64,000 nucleotides of DNA from an uncultured Solirubrobacterales bacterium (GCA_963811155.1 CAWEQQ010000011.1:5138-69137); one strand, 5' to 3'. Shown: positions 25,688 through 35,927, numbered from the stretch's first letter. Made by a program: numbers and translations. Notes: a model not told the origin generated them from the sequence alone.

Positions 25688-26803
25688 ATGCCGGTCCGAG
25701 CGACCAAGCGCGGCGAGCAGCGAACGCCGCTCGATCGCGACTGCGACGTGCTGATCTGCGGAGCGAGCTTCGCCGGTCTCGCGGTCGCCCGCGAGCTCGC
25801 GCAAGCCCGTGCCGACGTGCTGATCGTCGACCGCTACGAGATCGGCGAGCGGCAGACATCTGCGTGCGCAATTCCCACGACCTGGCTGACGGCGCTCCGG
25901 CTGCAAGAGTCGCTGCAGCAGACGTTCGAGCAGCTCGTGATCCACACGCCGCACGGGACCGTGCGATACGACCTGCCGTGGACTTTCTCGACATTCGACT
26001 ACCGGACCCTGTGCGGGCTGCTGGCCGAGCAGGGCGCGTTTCAGTTCGAGACCGCGAAGGTGGACGGCCGGAGCGGGCACACGGTGCACAGCGACCGCGG
26101 CGAGATCCGAGCGCCGCTGATCGTCGACGCGCTCGGTTGGCGCCGGGTGCTGGGCGCCGGCGAGAAGATCCAGCCGCCGGACGCGCTGCTCTCACGCGGG
26201 CTCGAGGTGCACCCGTTCGGAGCCGGGGACGAGATGGAGGTCTGGATCGACCACTCCTACGTGCCCGCTGGCTACGGCTGGAGGTTTCCCGCCGATCAAG
26301 AGCTTCGGATCGGCGTTGGCTCATTCGATCCGCGCTTCCATGTCCGCGAGCCGACCGAGCGGCTAGCGCGGGAGCTGGAAGCCGACACGGTCCGCTATCA
26401 GGGCAACTGGATCCCCCACGCGCTCCGCGACGCGACCGAAGACGCCGTGTTCTTCGCCGGCGACTCCGCCGGGCACTGCCTCCCGCTGACCGCCGAGGGG
26501 ATCCGGACCGCGCTGTACTTCGGCATCGCCTGCGGGCGCGAGCTGCGGGCCGTGATCGAAGGCGCCCACACCCGTGAGCAGGCGCTCGCCCGCTACCACT
26601 CGTTCTCGGCCGCGCACGCGAGGCCGTTCAAATGGATGCTGCGCGTCCAGCGGCTGATCCCGCAGATCGCGCCGCGCCTGCTGACGCGCGGGCTGCGGAC
26701 GATACAGAGCAAGCGGTTCGTCGACTGGTCCTTCGGTCACTACCTGGCGCTCGCCCATCCCGACTTTGCCGCCGCTCCGGCTGCGACAGCCCAGGCTCGC
26801 TGA
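25688..26803 (+). CDS. FAD-dependent oxidoreductase (geranylgeranyl reductase/lycopene cyclase-like)
   Basis: DVLICGASFAG, VDALG, GYGWRFP, AGDSAGHCLPLTAEGI. Confidence 0.8.
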   Translation: MPVRATKRGEQRTPLDRDCDVLICGASFAGLAVARELAQARADVLIVDRYEIGERQTSACAIPTTWLTALRLQESLQQTFEQLVIHTPHGTVRYDLPWTFSTFDYRTLCGLLAEQGAFQFETAKVDGRSGHTVHSDRGEIRAPLIVDALGWRRVLGAGEKIQPPDALLSRGLEVHPFGAGDEMEVWIDHSYVPAGYGWRFPADQELRIGVGSFDPRFHVREPTERLARELEADTVRYQGNWIPHALRDATEDAVFFAGDSAGHCLPLTAEGIRTALYFGIACGRELRAVIEGAHTREQALARYHSFSAAHARPFKWMLRVQRLIPQIAPRLLTRGLRTIQSKRFVDWSFGHYLALAHPDFAAAPAATAQAR

Positions 26804-26853
26804 GCCGGGATCAGTCGGCGAGCGCCGGCCGCGCCAGTGCTGCCGGATGTGCG

Positions 26854-26932
26854 ACTAGTGCTGCCGATGTGCCACTAGTAACTAGTGCTGCCGATGTGCC
26901 ACTAGTAACTAGTGCTGCCGATGTGCCACTAG
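26854..26932. repeat. 27-bp tandem repeat x3 (ACTAGTGCTGCCGATGTGCCACTAGTA)
   Basis: Units at 26854, 26881 and 26908 plus a degenerate unit from about 26834; lies between convergent genes. Confidence 0.9.
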
Positions 26933-28242
26933 CGTCCGCTGATCCTGATCTGGCGCGCGAAGAAGCCCCAGTTTCCCCAGCTGTCGGTCGTTCGCACCAC
27001 GATCCGGTAGACCCCGTCGCGCTCGAAGGAGTGTGATGCGCGGTGATCGCGACCGGTGCGCCCGTCGCCAAAGAACCAGTCGTAGGAGACGATCCTGCCC
27101 TCGGGATCGGTCGCCCGCGCGGACAATGACACCGGCCGGCCGCGGACCGCCCTGCGCGGAGCCGAGAAGAAGACGGCGTCCGGCTTGGCGCGCGGCTGGC
27201 ACGAAGAGGCGGTGTTGCTCCAGATCTCTTGCAGGTAGTAGTGACCGCCATCGATGACATCGTCCCAGGCGCCGGTGCCCGTGCCGCCGAGCGCGGCGCC
27301 GTAGCTGGTGATGCAGAGGTCTGCGATCTCGTTTCCGGCGGCGTCGAGCCAGGCATCGCCGAGCGGATCCGTGACCGTTTCGATCTGCTCGTGGCTGACC
27401 GTCGAGATCGCCGGATCGGCCGTGCTGGAGTTCGGGCGCGGGTTGTCGGACTGGCAGTGGCCTGGAACCGCGTTGTAGGGAATCACCGCGTACAGGATCC
27501 CGTCCGACGTCGAGGAGTGATAGCCGCAGTAGCTGCCGTCGGTCTGCCCGCCGAGGGCGCAATCGGTCGGCCCGAAGAGCTCGCAGTCGCCGAGACCGTT
27601 GGGCGTGACCAGGAAGTAGATGTCGTTCGCGCCCCGGGGGAGGTGATCGGCGCTGATCACGTGCTTGATCTCGGTCTCGAGCTGCTGATCGGTCAGACAC
27701 ACCGTCCAACCCGGCCCGGCCTGCGGCGGCTCAGTGCAACCGTTGGCGGGCAGCGGGTCGGTCGCGATCGTGGCGCCGCCGTACACGGAGGCGTACGCCG
27801 CCGGGCCGTTTGCGTCCGTGTACTGGCCGCTCAGCCCGTACATGCTGCTGGTCATGTGACTGTCGGCTGCGACCTGCTGCAGGAACGTCTCGATCAGCGG
27901 CACGTAGCCGGGATCGAAGGTCAACGATGACCCGGCCGGCTGCCAGAAGATCAGGTGCGTCCGGTTCCAGTGCAGCACCTCGCCGCCCCCGTAGGGCACG
28001 TTGGCAGTATGCGCGAGCAGCGCGCGACGGATTTGCATCCGCGTCGGCACGTCGGGAACGACCCCGCCGAAGCTCCTTGCCTGCGCCGCTCCAGCCAGCA
28101 CAGCATTTGCCTGCGCCGCTCCAGCCAGCACAGCATTTGCCTGCGCCGCTACAGCCAGCACAGCATTTGCCTGCGCCGCTACAGCCAGCATGGCAAGCAC
28201 GGCCAGCGCGGCGGCCAGCGCGGCCTTGCAGCAGTCGCTCAC
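26929..28242 (-). CDS. Secreted Cys-rich protein, Phi-1/EXORDIUM-like domain + C-terminal PKD domain
   Basis: Signal peptide, YGGGEVL, YCGYHS, SHEQIETVTDP, EIADLC; PKD-type DPEGRIVSYDWFFGDG; GTGA overlap with the polA stop. Confidence 0.7.
   Translation of the reverse strand: MSDCCKAALAAALAVLAMLAVAAQANAVLAVAAQANAVLAGAAQANAVLAGAAQARSFGGVVPDVPTRMQIRRALLAHTANVPYGGGEVLHWNRTHLIFWQPAGSSLTFDPGYVPLIETFLQQVAADSHMTSSMYGLSGQYTDANGPAAYASVYGGATIATDPLPANGCTEPPQAGPGWTVCLTDQQLETEIKHVISADHLPRGANDIYFLVTPNGLGDCELFGPTDCALGGQTDGSYCGYHSSTSDGILYAVIPYNAVPGHCQSDNPRPNSSTADPAISTVSHEQIETVTDPLGDAWLDAAGNEIADLCITSYGAALGGTGTGAWDDVIDGGHYYLQEIWSNTASSCQPRAKPDAVFFSAPRRAVRGRPVSLSARATDPEGRIVSYDWFFGDGRTGRDHRASHSFERDGVYRIVVRTTDSWGNWGFFARQIRISGR
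28077..28190. repeat. 30-bp coding tandem repeat (~3.8 copies) in the signal-peptide region
   Basis: ttgcctgcgccgct(c/a)cagccagcacagcat repeated; encodes AQANAVLA(V/G)A. Confidence 0.9.
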
Positions 28243-30815
28243 TTGGCCGCCAGCCAGTCGAACCCGACGCCGGCGTCGACGGCCAGCGGCGGGTCCATCG
28301 CAAATGCGCCCGCCATCTGCTCGACGGCGATCTGCTGCACCGCGCCGGCCTCGTCGGCGGGCCCCTCGAACAGCAGCTCGTCGTGGATTTGGAGCACGAG
28401 CCGCGAGCGCAGCCCAACCGCAGCGACGGCTTGGTCGCAGCGCACCATCGCGACCTTCATGATGTCGGCGGCCGTCCCTTGGATGACCATGTTGACCGCG
28501 AACCGCTCGCCCTGCTTGCGCAGCTCCCACCGCCGTGCCCGCAGCTCCGGTACCTGTCGCCGGCGACCGAACAGCGTCGAAACGTACCCGTGCTCGGTGC
28601 CCTGCGAGATCGTCTCCTCGATGAACCGTGCGACGGCTGGGAAGCCCGAGAGGTAGCGCTGGATGAACTCGTCCGCCTCTTCTTGGGGAATATCGAGGCG
28701 GTCGGCCATCCCCCACGCCGACAGCCCGTACACGATTCCGTAGTTGATCATCTTCGCTTTTGACCGCATCCCCGGATCGATCTGCTCCGGCGTCACCCCA
28801 AACACGCGACAGGCGGTCGCGGTGTGGACATCCTCGCCACGCCGGAAGATTTCCTTGAGCACATCCTCGCCGGCGATGTGGGCGAGCAGTCGGAGCTCGA
28901 CCTGAGAGTAGTCGGCGGACACGAGCAGATTTCCCGGTTCCGCCACAAAGCAGGCCCTGATTTCCCTCCCGAGCTCGGTGCGGATCGGGATGTTCTGCAG
29001 GTTGGGGTTGTTCGACGACAGCCGGCCGGTGGTCGCCGCCGTCTGGTTGAAGGTTGTGTGGATCCGTCCGTCGCCGGCGATCAGCAACGGCAGCGCATCC
29101 AGGTAGGTCTGCGCGAGCTTCGTCAGCTCACGCCAGCGCTCGATCTTCTCGATCACCGCGTGCTCGTGGCGGATCGCCTGCAGAACCCGCGCATCGGTCG
29201 AGTAGCCGGTCTTGCCACGGCGCTTGCGCGACAAGCCGAGCTTGCCGAACAGCATCTCCTCGAGCTGCTTCGGGGAGCCGAGCACAAACTCCTCTCCGCA
29301 CAGCTCGAAGATCTCGAGCTCGAGCGCATCTGCCTCGCGCACGACCCGCGCCGAGATCTCGCGCAGCCGCTCCGTGTCCAACTTTAAACCGGCGTTCTCC
29401 ATCTTGCGCAGCACGCGGACGAGCGGCAACTCGACCTCATCGAGCAACTCGGTCAGCCCGCGCCCGCGAATCTCCTCGCGCTGCCACTGCGCCAGCGCGT
29501 GGACGAGGATCGCGTCCGCGGCGGCGGCGTCATCGACCGCAGCCGCAAGTCCCCGCTCCTCGCACAGCTCCCGAAACAGGTATGCCCGGCGAGCCGGCTC
29601 GAGCAGGTATGCGGCGACCTCGGTGTCGTGTACGAGGACCGCGGGCACCTCCCCGAGCGACTTGGCGTCATGGGCGATTACCGGCCGCTGGCCGGCCGCG
29701 CGGACCAGTTCCTCCGGTGCGCTGCACGATCCGGCCAGCACCTCGGCGCCGCCGGCGTAAACACCGAACCGCCACGTCGAGTCCGTCGCGAACAGCGCAT
29801 CCTCGGGGATCTCGGGCGCGCCGACGGCGATCGCGATCTCGGTCTGCGGCAATCGTTGCACCTCCTCCAGGCCGGCCTTGTGGACGCGCGCGGCGAGCGC
29901 GCGCTCGGCCGCCGGCGCGGGGGCGGCCAAATCGGCGGACCCGAGCGCCTCCTCCAGGCGCCGCAACGGCTCGCGCAGCTCGAACTGGCGGAACACGTCG
30001 CGCAGCTTCGACCGGTCCGGCTCGCGTGACACGAACTCCGCCAGGTCGAGCTCGAGCGCTAGATCGCGGTGCGCCGTCGCAAGTTGCTTGGACACCCGGG
30101 CTTCGCCGGCGTGCTCGATCAGGTTCTGCTTGCGCTTCGCGCCGCTGATCTGATCGACGTGCGCAAGCACCGACTCGAGCGAGCCGAACCGTTGCAACAG
30201 CTCGGCGGCCGTCTTATCACCGATGCCTGGGACGCCCGGGATGTTGTCGCTCGTGTCCCCCTTGAGGCCGATGAAGTCGGGGATCAGCTCCGGCGGAATC
30301 CCGTAGCGGTCGATCACCCCCTCGCGGTCGTAGACACGCGTGTCGGTGATCCCCCGTGAGGTGGTCATGATCCGGACGCCGTTGTCGACCAGCTGATAGG
30401 CATCGCGGTCGCCGGTCACGACCATCACCGGGATCGGCGGCTGCGCAGACTTCGCCCGCTCCACGATCGAGGCAATCACGTCGTCGGCCTCGTATCCCGC
30501 CACCGCGAGGTTGCGGTAGCCGAACGCGTCGACCAGCGGCTCCAGGTGCGGCCACTGCTCCTTGAGCAGGTCCGGGCGGCTCGACCGCTGCGCCTTGTAT
30601 TCGGTGTAGATCTCCTTGCGCCCCGACGAGCCGGCGTCCCACACGACGACGGTGGCCCTCGGGCCGTAGTCGGTCAGGATCTTGACCAGCATCGACGCGA
30701 ACCCGAAAATCGCGTTGGTGGGCACGCCGGTTGAGGTGGCGATCGATTCGGGGAGCGCGAAGAAGGCGCGATACGCGAGGCTGTTGCCGTCAATCAGGAA
30801 TAGCTCGTCGGGCAC
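28239..30815 (-). CDS. polA: DNA polymerase I
   Basis: LIDGNSLAYRAFFA, GDTSDNIPGVPGIG, TGRLSS.NPNLQNIP, ADYSQVELR, QIHDEL. Confidence 0.96.
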   Translation of the reverse strand: MPDELFLIDGNSLAYRAFFALPESIATSTGVPTNAIFGFASMLVKILTDYGPRATVVVWDAGSSGRKEIYTEYKAQRSSRPDLLKEQWPHLEPLVDAFGYRNLAVAGYEADDVIASIVERAKSAQPPIPVMVVTGDRDAYQLVDNGVRIMTTSRGITDTRVYDREGVIDRYGIPPELIPDFIGLKGDTSDNIPGVPGIGDKTAAELLQRFGSLESVLAHVDQISGAKRKQNLIEHAGEARVSKQLATAHRDLALELDLAEFVSREPDRSKLRDVFRQFELREPLRRLEEALGSADLAAPAPAAERALAARVHKAGLEEVQRLPQTEIAIAVGAPEIPEDALFATDSTWRFGVYAGGAEVLAGSCSAPEELVRAAGQRPVIAHDAKSLGEVPAVLVHDTEVAAYLLEPARRAYLFRELCEERGLAAAVDDAAAADAILVHALAQWQREEIRGRGLTELLDEVELPLVRVLRKMENAGLKLDTERLREISARVVREADALELEIFELCGEEFVLGSPKQLEEMLFGKLGLSRKRRGKTGYSTDARVLQAIRHEHAVIEKIERWRELTKLAQTYLDALPLLIAGDGRIHTTFNQTAATTGRLSSNNPNLQNIPIRTELGREIRACFVAEPGNLLVSADYSQVELRLLAHIAGEDVLKEIFRRGEDVHTATACRVFGVTPEQIDPGMRSKAKMINYGIVYGLSAWGMADRLDIPQEEADEFIQRYLSGFPAVARFIEETISQGTEHGYVSTLFGRRRQVPELRARRWELRKQGERFAVNMVIQGTAADIMKVAMVRCDQAVAAVGLRSRLVLQIHDELLFEGPADEAGAVQQIAVEQMAGAFAMDPPLAVDAGVGFDWLAAK

Positions 30816-30939
30816 TGTATGTCAGGCTATCTAGCCTCGTGGCGGCCACACCAAGTCCCCAGTCCAGCCTCATCGTTCGGGTCCATATCGACCACTTGTG
30901 CCGCTTCGGCTTTGCGACGGCCGAGGAGGTCCGAAGCCG

Positions 30940-31848
30940 ATGAGAGTCGCGCTCACCGGCGCCACCGGGATGATCGGCCGGCCGCTCGCGACGGCGCTCG
31001 GTGAGCGAGGCGACGAGCTGCTCGTGCTGTCGCGCCGGGCCTCTAGCGCCGCCGGCGTCGCGAGCGGGGCGCGGATCGTCGAGTGGGATCCGACGTCGGG
31101 CCCGGCCCCGGGACTGTCGGGCGTCGACGCCGTCGTTCACCTGGCCGGCGAGCCGGTGGCGCAGCGCTGGACGGCGGGCGCCAAGGACCGGATCCGGCGC
31201 AGCCGGGTGCTGGGCACCGCGAACCTCGTCGCTGGCCTCGCGGCTGCCGATCCGCGTCCCGGCGTGCTCGTGTCGACTTCCGCCTCGGGCTTCTACGGCG
31301 ATCGTGGAGCCTCGCCATTGGAGGAATCGGCCCCCCCGGGGCCGCGTGACGACTTCCTTGCATCTGTCTGCATCGACTGGGAGGACGCGGCCGAGCAGGC
31401 CGCCGAGCTGGGAGTCCGGGTGGCGATCGTCCGCAACGGAGTCGTGCTCGACCCCGGGGGCGGCGCGGTCGCGAAGATGCTGCCGGTGTTCAAGGCGGGT
31501 CTCGGAGGGCCGATCGCAGGCGGGCGGCAGTACATGCCGTGGATCGCGCTCGACGACGTCGTCGGCATCTACCTCGCCGCGCTCGACGGCGGTCGTGCGT
31601 GGTCGGGCCCGGTCAACGCCTGCGCGCCGTCACCGGCGACTAACGCCCAGTTCACGCGCGCGCTCGGCCGGGCGCTGCACCGCCCCGCGTTGCTGCCCGT
31701 GCCCGCGTTCGGTTTGCGCGCGCTGTTCGGTGAGATGGCATCGGTGCTGCTGGCAAGTCAGCGGGCGGTGCCCGCCCGCGCCACCGAGCTCGGATATCGG
31801 TTCCGCTGGGGCGAGCTGGAGCCGGCGCTTGCGGCCGTGCTCGGATAG
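30940..31848 (+). CDS. TIGR01777-type NAD-dependent epimerase/oxidoreductase
   Basis: ALTGATGMIG, VVHLAGE, FLASVCIDWE, GRQYMPWI.LDD, SQRAVP. Confidence 0.88.
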   Translation: MRVALTGATGMIGRPLATALGERGDELLVLSRRASSAAGVASGARIVEWDPTSGPAPGLSGVDAVVHLAGEPVAQRWTAGAKDRIRRSRVLGTANLVAGLAAADPRPGVLVSTSASGFYGDRGASPLEESAPPGPRDDFLASVCIDWEDAAEQAAELGVRVAIVRNGVVLDPGGGAVAKMLPVFKAGLGGPIAGGRQYMPWIALDDVVGIYLAALDGGRAWSGPVNACAPSPATNAQFTRALGRALHRPALLPVPAFGLRALFGEMASVLLASQRAVPARATELGYRFRWGELEPALAAVLG

Positions 31849-31851
31849 CAA

Positions 31852-32085
31852 TTAGGGCTGCCGCCGGCGCGGCAGCGGGCCCTCTTCCTTCCATCGCGAT
31901 CCGGGGCGGCCCGGCAGCAGCAGCACGATCACCAGGCCGACGGCCGACAACAGCAGACCGAAGGTCAGGCCCACACGCTCGCCGTAGCCCTTGCGGGCCG
32001 ATAGCCACGACCCTCCAGCGGCCGACAGCAGCCACACGAATAGGAGATAGAGGGCCTTCGCGCCGATGGCTGCGAGGATCGTCAT
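31852..32085 (-). CDS. Small two-TM membrane protein at the end of the liv operon
   Basis: 77 aa, two hydrophobic segments, ATGA overlap with livF. Confidence 0.7.
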   Translation of the reverse strand: MTILAAIGAKALYLLFVWLLSAAGGSWLSARKGYGERVGLTFGLLLSAVGLVIVLLLPGRPGSRWKEEGPLPRRRQP

Positions 32086-32795
32086 GCGCCGAGGTAGGCC
32101 CGCTGGACGTTCGGGTCGTCGCGCAACTTAGCCGAGTCGCCGGTCAGGACGATCCGGCCCGTCTCGAGCACATAGCCACGACGGGCGGTGTCGAGCGCAT
32201 AGTTGGCGTTCTGCTCGACGAGCAGGATCGCGACGCCCGAGCGGTTGATCTCCCCGATCGTCTCGTAGATCCGCTGGACGAGGATCGGGGCGATTCCCAT
32301 CGAGGGCTCATCCAGCATCAGGAGCTTGGGGCGGGCCATCAGCGCGCGACCGATCGCGAGCATCTGCTGCTCACCCCCGGACATCGTGCCCGCCTTCTGG
32401 CGATCGCGCTCCTGAAGCCGCGGGAACAGGCCGAAGACCCGGTCGAGGTCCTCGGCGACGTCCTCGCCGCGGCGCAGGTACGCCCCGAGCTCGAGGTTCT
32501 CACGCACCGTCATGCGGGGAAAGCAGTGACGTCCCTCGGGCGCTAGCGCGATCCCGCGCCCGACAATGTGGTGCGCCGGGACGTGCGTGATCTCCTCGCC
32601 GCCGAACACGACCTTGCCCGAGCTGGCCGGCGTCAGCCCCGAGATCGACCGCAGCGTGGTCGACTTCCCCGCGCCGTTTGACCCGATCAGCGTAACCACC
32701 TCGCCTTCGCTCACCTCGAGGGAGACGCCCTTGAGGGCCTCGATCGAGCCGTAGTGCGCGTGGATGTCTGACACCTGGAGCAGCTGCTGGCTCAC
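32082..32795 (-). CDS. livF: Branched-chain amino acid ABC ATP-binding protein
   Basis: GSNGAGKST, MSGGEQQML, LDEPSMG, LVEQN. Confidence 0.92.
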   Translation of the reverse strand: MSQQLLQVSDIHAHYGSIEALKGVSLEVSEGEVVTLIGSNGAGKSTTLRSISGLTPASSGKVVFGGEEITHVPAHHIVGRGIALAPEGRHCFPRMTVRENLELGAYLRRGEDVAEDLDRVFGLFPRLQERDRQKAGTMSGGEQQMLAIGRALMARPKLLMLDEPSMGIAPILVQRIYETIGEINRSGVAILLVEQNANYALDTARRGYVLETGRIVLTGDSAKLRDDPNVQRAYLGA

Positions 32796-33589
32796 TGCGG
32801 GGCCCCCAGGTAGGCCTCGATCACGCGCGCGTCGGCGCGCACCTCCTCCGGCGGACCTTCGGCGATCTTCTGGCCGTGGTCGAGCACGGTCACGCGCTCG
32901 GAGACGTCCATCACCACCTTCATGTCGTGCTCGATCAGCAGGATCGTGAGCTCGAGCTCGTCACGCATCTTGCGCATGAAGCTTGTCAACGCGGCGGACT
33001 CCTGCGGGTTCATCCCGGCCGTCGGCTCGTCCAACAGCAGCACCGTCGGCTCTGACGCCAGGGCTCGGGCGATCTCCACCCGCCGTTGGTCGCCATATGG
33101 CAGCTGCGCGGAGAGCTGCTCGAAGGCGCTCTCGCGCAAACCGACGTAAGCCAGCAGTTCGCGCGCGCGCTCCCGGACCGCCTGCTCCTCCCGCCGCACC
33201 CACGGCGGCCTGAAGATCGACCCGAACACGCCGGCGCGCATCCGGCTGTGGCGCCCGACGATCACGTTCTCGACCGCGGTCATCGCGCCGAACAGGCGAA
33301 TGTTCTGGAACGTGCGCGCCACGCCGAGGCTCGTGATCACGTCCGGCCGAGACCGCGTGACCTCGCGTCCGCCCAGCAGGACCCGTCCCGAGGTGGGCTT
33401 GTAAAGGCCGGTCAGCATGTTGAACACGGTCGTCTTGCCGGCGCCATTGGGACCGATGATCGAGACGATCGAATGCCGCGGTACGTCGATTGAGACGTCG
33501 TCGACAGCCACCAGTCCGCCGAACTCCTTGACCAGATGGTCGACGCGCATCGCGGCCGTCGCGCCCACGGAGTTGGTCGCGGTCGTCAT
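32792..33589 (-). CDS. livG: Branched-chain amino acid ABC ATP-binding protein
   Basis: GPNGAGKTT, ARTFQNIRLF, LPYGDQRR, LDEPTAG, IEHDM. Confidence 0.92.
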   Translation of the reverse strand: MTTATNSVGATAAMRVDHLVKEFGGLVAVDDVSIDVPRHSIVSIIGPNGAGKTTVFNMLTGLYKPTSGRVLLGGREVTRSRPDVITSLGVARTFQNIRLFGAMTAVENVIVGRHSRMRAGVFGSIFRPPWVRREEQAVRERARELLAYVGLRESAFEQLSAQLPYGDQRRVEIARALASEPTVLLLDEPTAGMNPQESAALTSFMRKMRDELELTILLIEHDMKVVMDVSERVTVLDHGQKIAEGPPEEVRADARVIEAYLGAPQ

Positions 33590-34821
33590 CCGTCAAATCC
33601 GGTGGTCTGAAAGGCCGTCGGCTCCGCGAGCTCGGCGTCCGTCGAGCTGACCCCGACCTTTGCGGTCAGCTCGAGGCGACGTCTTCGCTCCGGGATCAGG
33701 CCCTGCGGCCTAAGGATCATCATCATCACGAGCAGGAAGCCGTAGATCCCGAACTCGATCTCGGTCAGCGGGAAGTTCAGGCCGAGCTTGCTCGGGAGCG
33801 TGTTCAGTACATCCGGGATCAGGTAGAAGTTGATGTAGCCGAGCAGCAGTCCCCCGGCGACCGCCCCCCAGATCGAGCCGAGCCCACCGATGATCACCAT
33901 TGCGAGGATGAAGATCGAGAACCCGAACTGGAACTGGCTGGCGTTGACCACGGTGAAGTAGGTGCCGAGGAAGGCACCGGACATGCCCCCGAACGCTGCC
34001 CCCATCGAATACGCCATCAGCTTCGTCCGCACCAATGGGATCCCCATCGAGACGGCGGCGACCTCGTCCTCGCGCAGCGCGACCCAGGCGCGGCCGAGCC
34101 GGGAGTCGCGCAGGCGCAGGTTGACGAACAGGACGATCAGCAGGATGCCGAGGATCAGCCAGTACCAGGGCCGGAGATTGAGCTCGTTGAACGAGCCAAT
34201 TCCGGGAAAATAGGGCGAGTCGACGGCGCTGATCCCCAGATTGCCGGCCGTCAGCGTCATGCCGCCGCCGACATGGACGCTCTGGCCGTTGACTGCGACG
34301 ACGCCGATGATCTCTCCGAACGCGAGCGTCACGATCGCGATGTAGTCGCCGCGCAGGCGCAGCGTCGGCACGCCGATGAGCACCCCGGCCAGCGCACAGA
34401 TCGCCGCCGCTGCCACCAGGATCAGCAGGAAGTTCAGGTGGATGCCCAGCAGTGTGCGCGCCACCGGAGACACGAGCACGTGGATGTGCGCCTTGAAGAA
34501 GAAGTCCGAGCCGAACCACCCCACCGAGTACGCCCCGAGCGCGTAGAAGGCCACGTAGCCCAGGTCAAGGAGCCCGGCGAATCCGACGACGATGTTCAAC
34601 CCCAGCGACATCACCGCGTAGGCGACCGCGATGATCGTCGCGTTCATGAATCCGCTGTCGACCGAGAACAAGAACGGCAGCACGATCGCGATTGCGATCA
34701 GGATCAAGGCCAGCGCACGGCTCCACCACGGCGGCACTGACCGCTGGATCGCCGCCCGCCATTCCTGCAGCTGGGCGCGGCGCTCTCCCCAGCGCGACGA
34801 ACTCGTCGCGGGCTCGCTCAT
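33586..34821 (-). CDS. livM: Branched-chain amino acid ABC permease
   Basis: GLNIVVGFAGLLDLGY, LRLRGDYIAIVTLAFGE, LREDEVAA. Confidence 0.92.
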   Translation of the reverse strand: MSEPATSSSRWGERRAQLQEWRAAIQRSVPPWWSRALALILIAIAIVLPFLFSVDSGFMNATIIAVAYAVMSLGLNIVVGFAGLLDLGYVAFYALGAYSVGWFGSDFFFKAHIHVLVSPVARTLLGIHLNFLLILVAAAAICALAGVLIGVPTLRLRGDYIAIVTLAFGEIIGVVAVNGQSVHVGGGMTLTAGNLGISAVDSPYFPGIGSFNELNLRPWYWLILGILLIVLFVNLRLRDSRLGRAWVALREDEVAAVSMGIPLVRTKLMAYSMGAAFGGMSGAFLGTYFTVVNASQFQFGFSIFILAMVIIGGLGSIWGAVAGGLLLGYINFYLIPDVLNTLPSKLGLNFPLTEIEFGIYGFLLVMMMILRPQGLIPERRRRLELTAKVGVSSTDAELAEPTAFQTTGFDG

Positions 34822-35927
34822 CCCGCCTCCCGCGTCTCCTCCCCGAGCAGCCCGCGCGGTCGCAGGACCATGATCAGGATCAAGTAGCCGAACACGACCG
34901 CCTCGGTCCACTGCGGCCCCATCCTCGAGTCCGCCAGGGCCTGGATCACGCCGATGATCAGGCCGCCCAGGACTGCCCCGCGGATGTTTCCGATCCCGCC
35001 CATGACCGCCGCGGTGAAGGCGATCAACCCGGCCTTGAACCCCTGGAAGTACCAGATGTTCGTCTCGTACAGCGCATATATGAGGCCAGCCGCCCCGGCG
35101 AGCATTCCGCCGAGCAGGAAGGTCAGCGAGATCGTCTGGTTGACGTCGATGCCCATCAGCCGCGCCGCCTCGGGATCCTGGGCGGTGGCACGCATCGCGC
35201 GCCCCATCCGGGTGGTGTTGATGAACCGGCCGAGCACAAACACGAGCGGGATCATCACTCCCAGCGCGAGCAGGTAGCCGCGCGCGACCTGGACGCCGAA
35301 GATGCTGAAGACCGTCTTCCCCTGACCGATCAGGTCGTTGACGCTCTGCGGCGAGCCACCGCGCCACAGCAGCCCCACGTTCTGGAGGATGAACGAGAAC
35401 CCGACCGCGGTGATCAGCGCCGCGAGCTTGGGGGCGCTGCGCAGGGGCCGGTAGGCGACGCGCTCGATCAGCACGTTGAGCGAGCCGCATACGACCATCG
35501 TGAGCAGCAGGGTCCCGAGCAGCCCGCCGATTAGCGGGGCCGTGCCGGTCGCAAGCCCCAGCCCGAACACCCCCCACAGGCCGACGGCCGTGAACGACCC
35601 GATCATGAACACGTCGCCGTGGGCGAAGTTGATCAGCTCGATGATCCCGTACACGAGCGTGTAGCCGATCGCGATCAGCGCCCAGATCGCCCCGTTTGAG
35701 AGGCCGACGGCGAAGTTGAAGCCGAGCTGGGTCAGGTCGTAGTGAATCACCGGATGGCCAGCGACAAACCCCGCCTGATAGCCGTGCGTGAGGTCGCGAA
35801 TGCCGTAGTAGACCGGCAGCACGGCGAGGGCGGCGATCAGCCCCCAGCGACCTACCTGCTTGCGAAGCGCCGCGAGGGGGCGCGCCGCGGCAGCGCGAGA
35901 CGTTGGGGATAGCGAGCCAGCTTCCAT
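34818..35927 (-). CDS. livH: Branched-chain amino acid ABC permease
   Basis: GYTLVYGIIELINFAHG, GRAMRATAQD, AAVMGGIG. Confidence 0.92.
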   Translation of the reverse strand: MEAGSLSPTSRAAAARPLAALRKQVGRWGLIAALAVLPVYYGIRDLTHGYQAGFVAGHPVIHYDLTQLGFNFAVGLSNGAIWALIAIGYTLVYGIIELINFAHGDVFMIGSFTAVGLWGVFGLGLATGTAPLIGGLLGTLLLTMVVCGSLNVLIERVAYRPLRSAPKLAALITAVGFSFILQNVGLLWRGGSPQSVNDLIGQGKTVFSIFGVQVARGYLLALGVMIPLVFVLGRFINTTRMGRAMRATAQDPEAARLMGIDVNQTISLTFLLGGMLAGAAGLIYALYETNIWYFQGFKAGLIAFTAAVMGGIGNIRGAVLGGLIIGVIQALADSRMGPQWTEAVVFGYLILIMVLRPRGLLGEETREAG

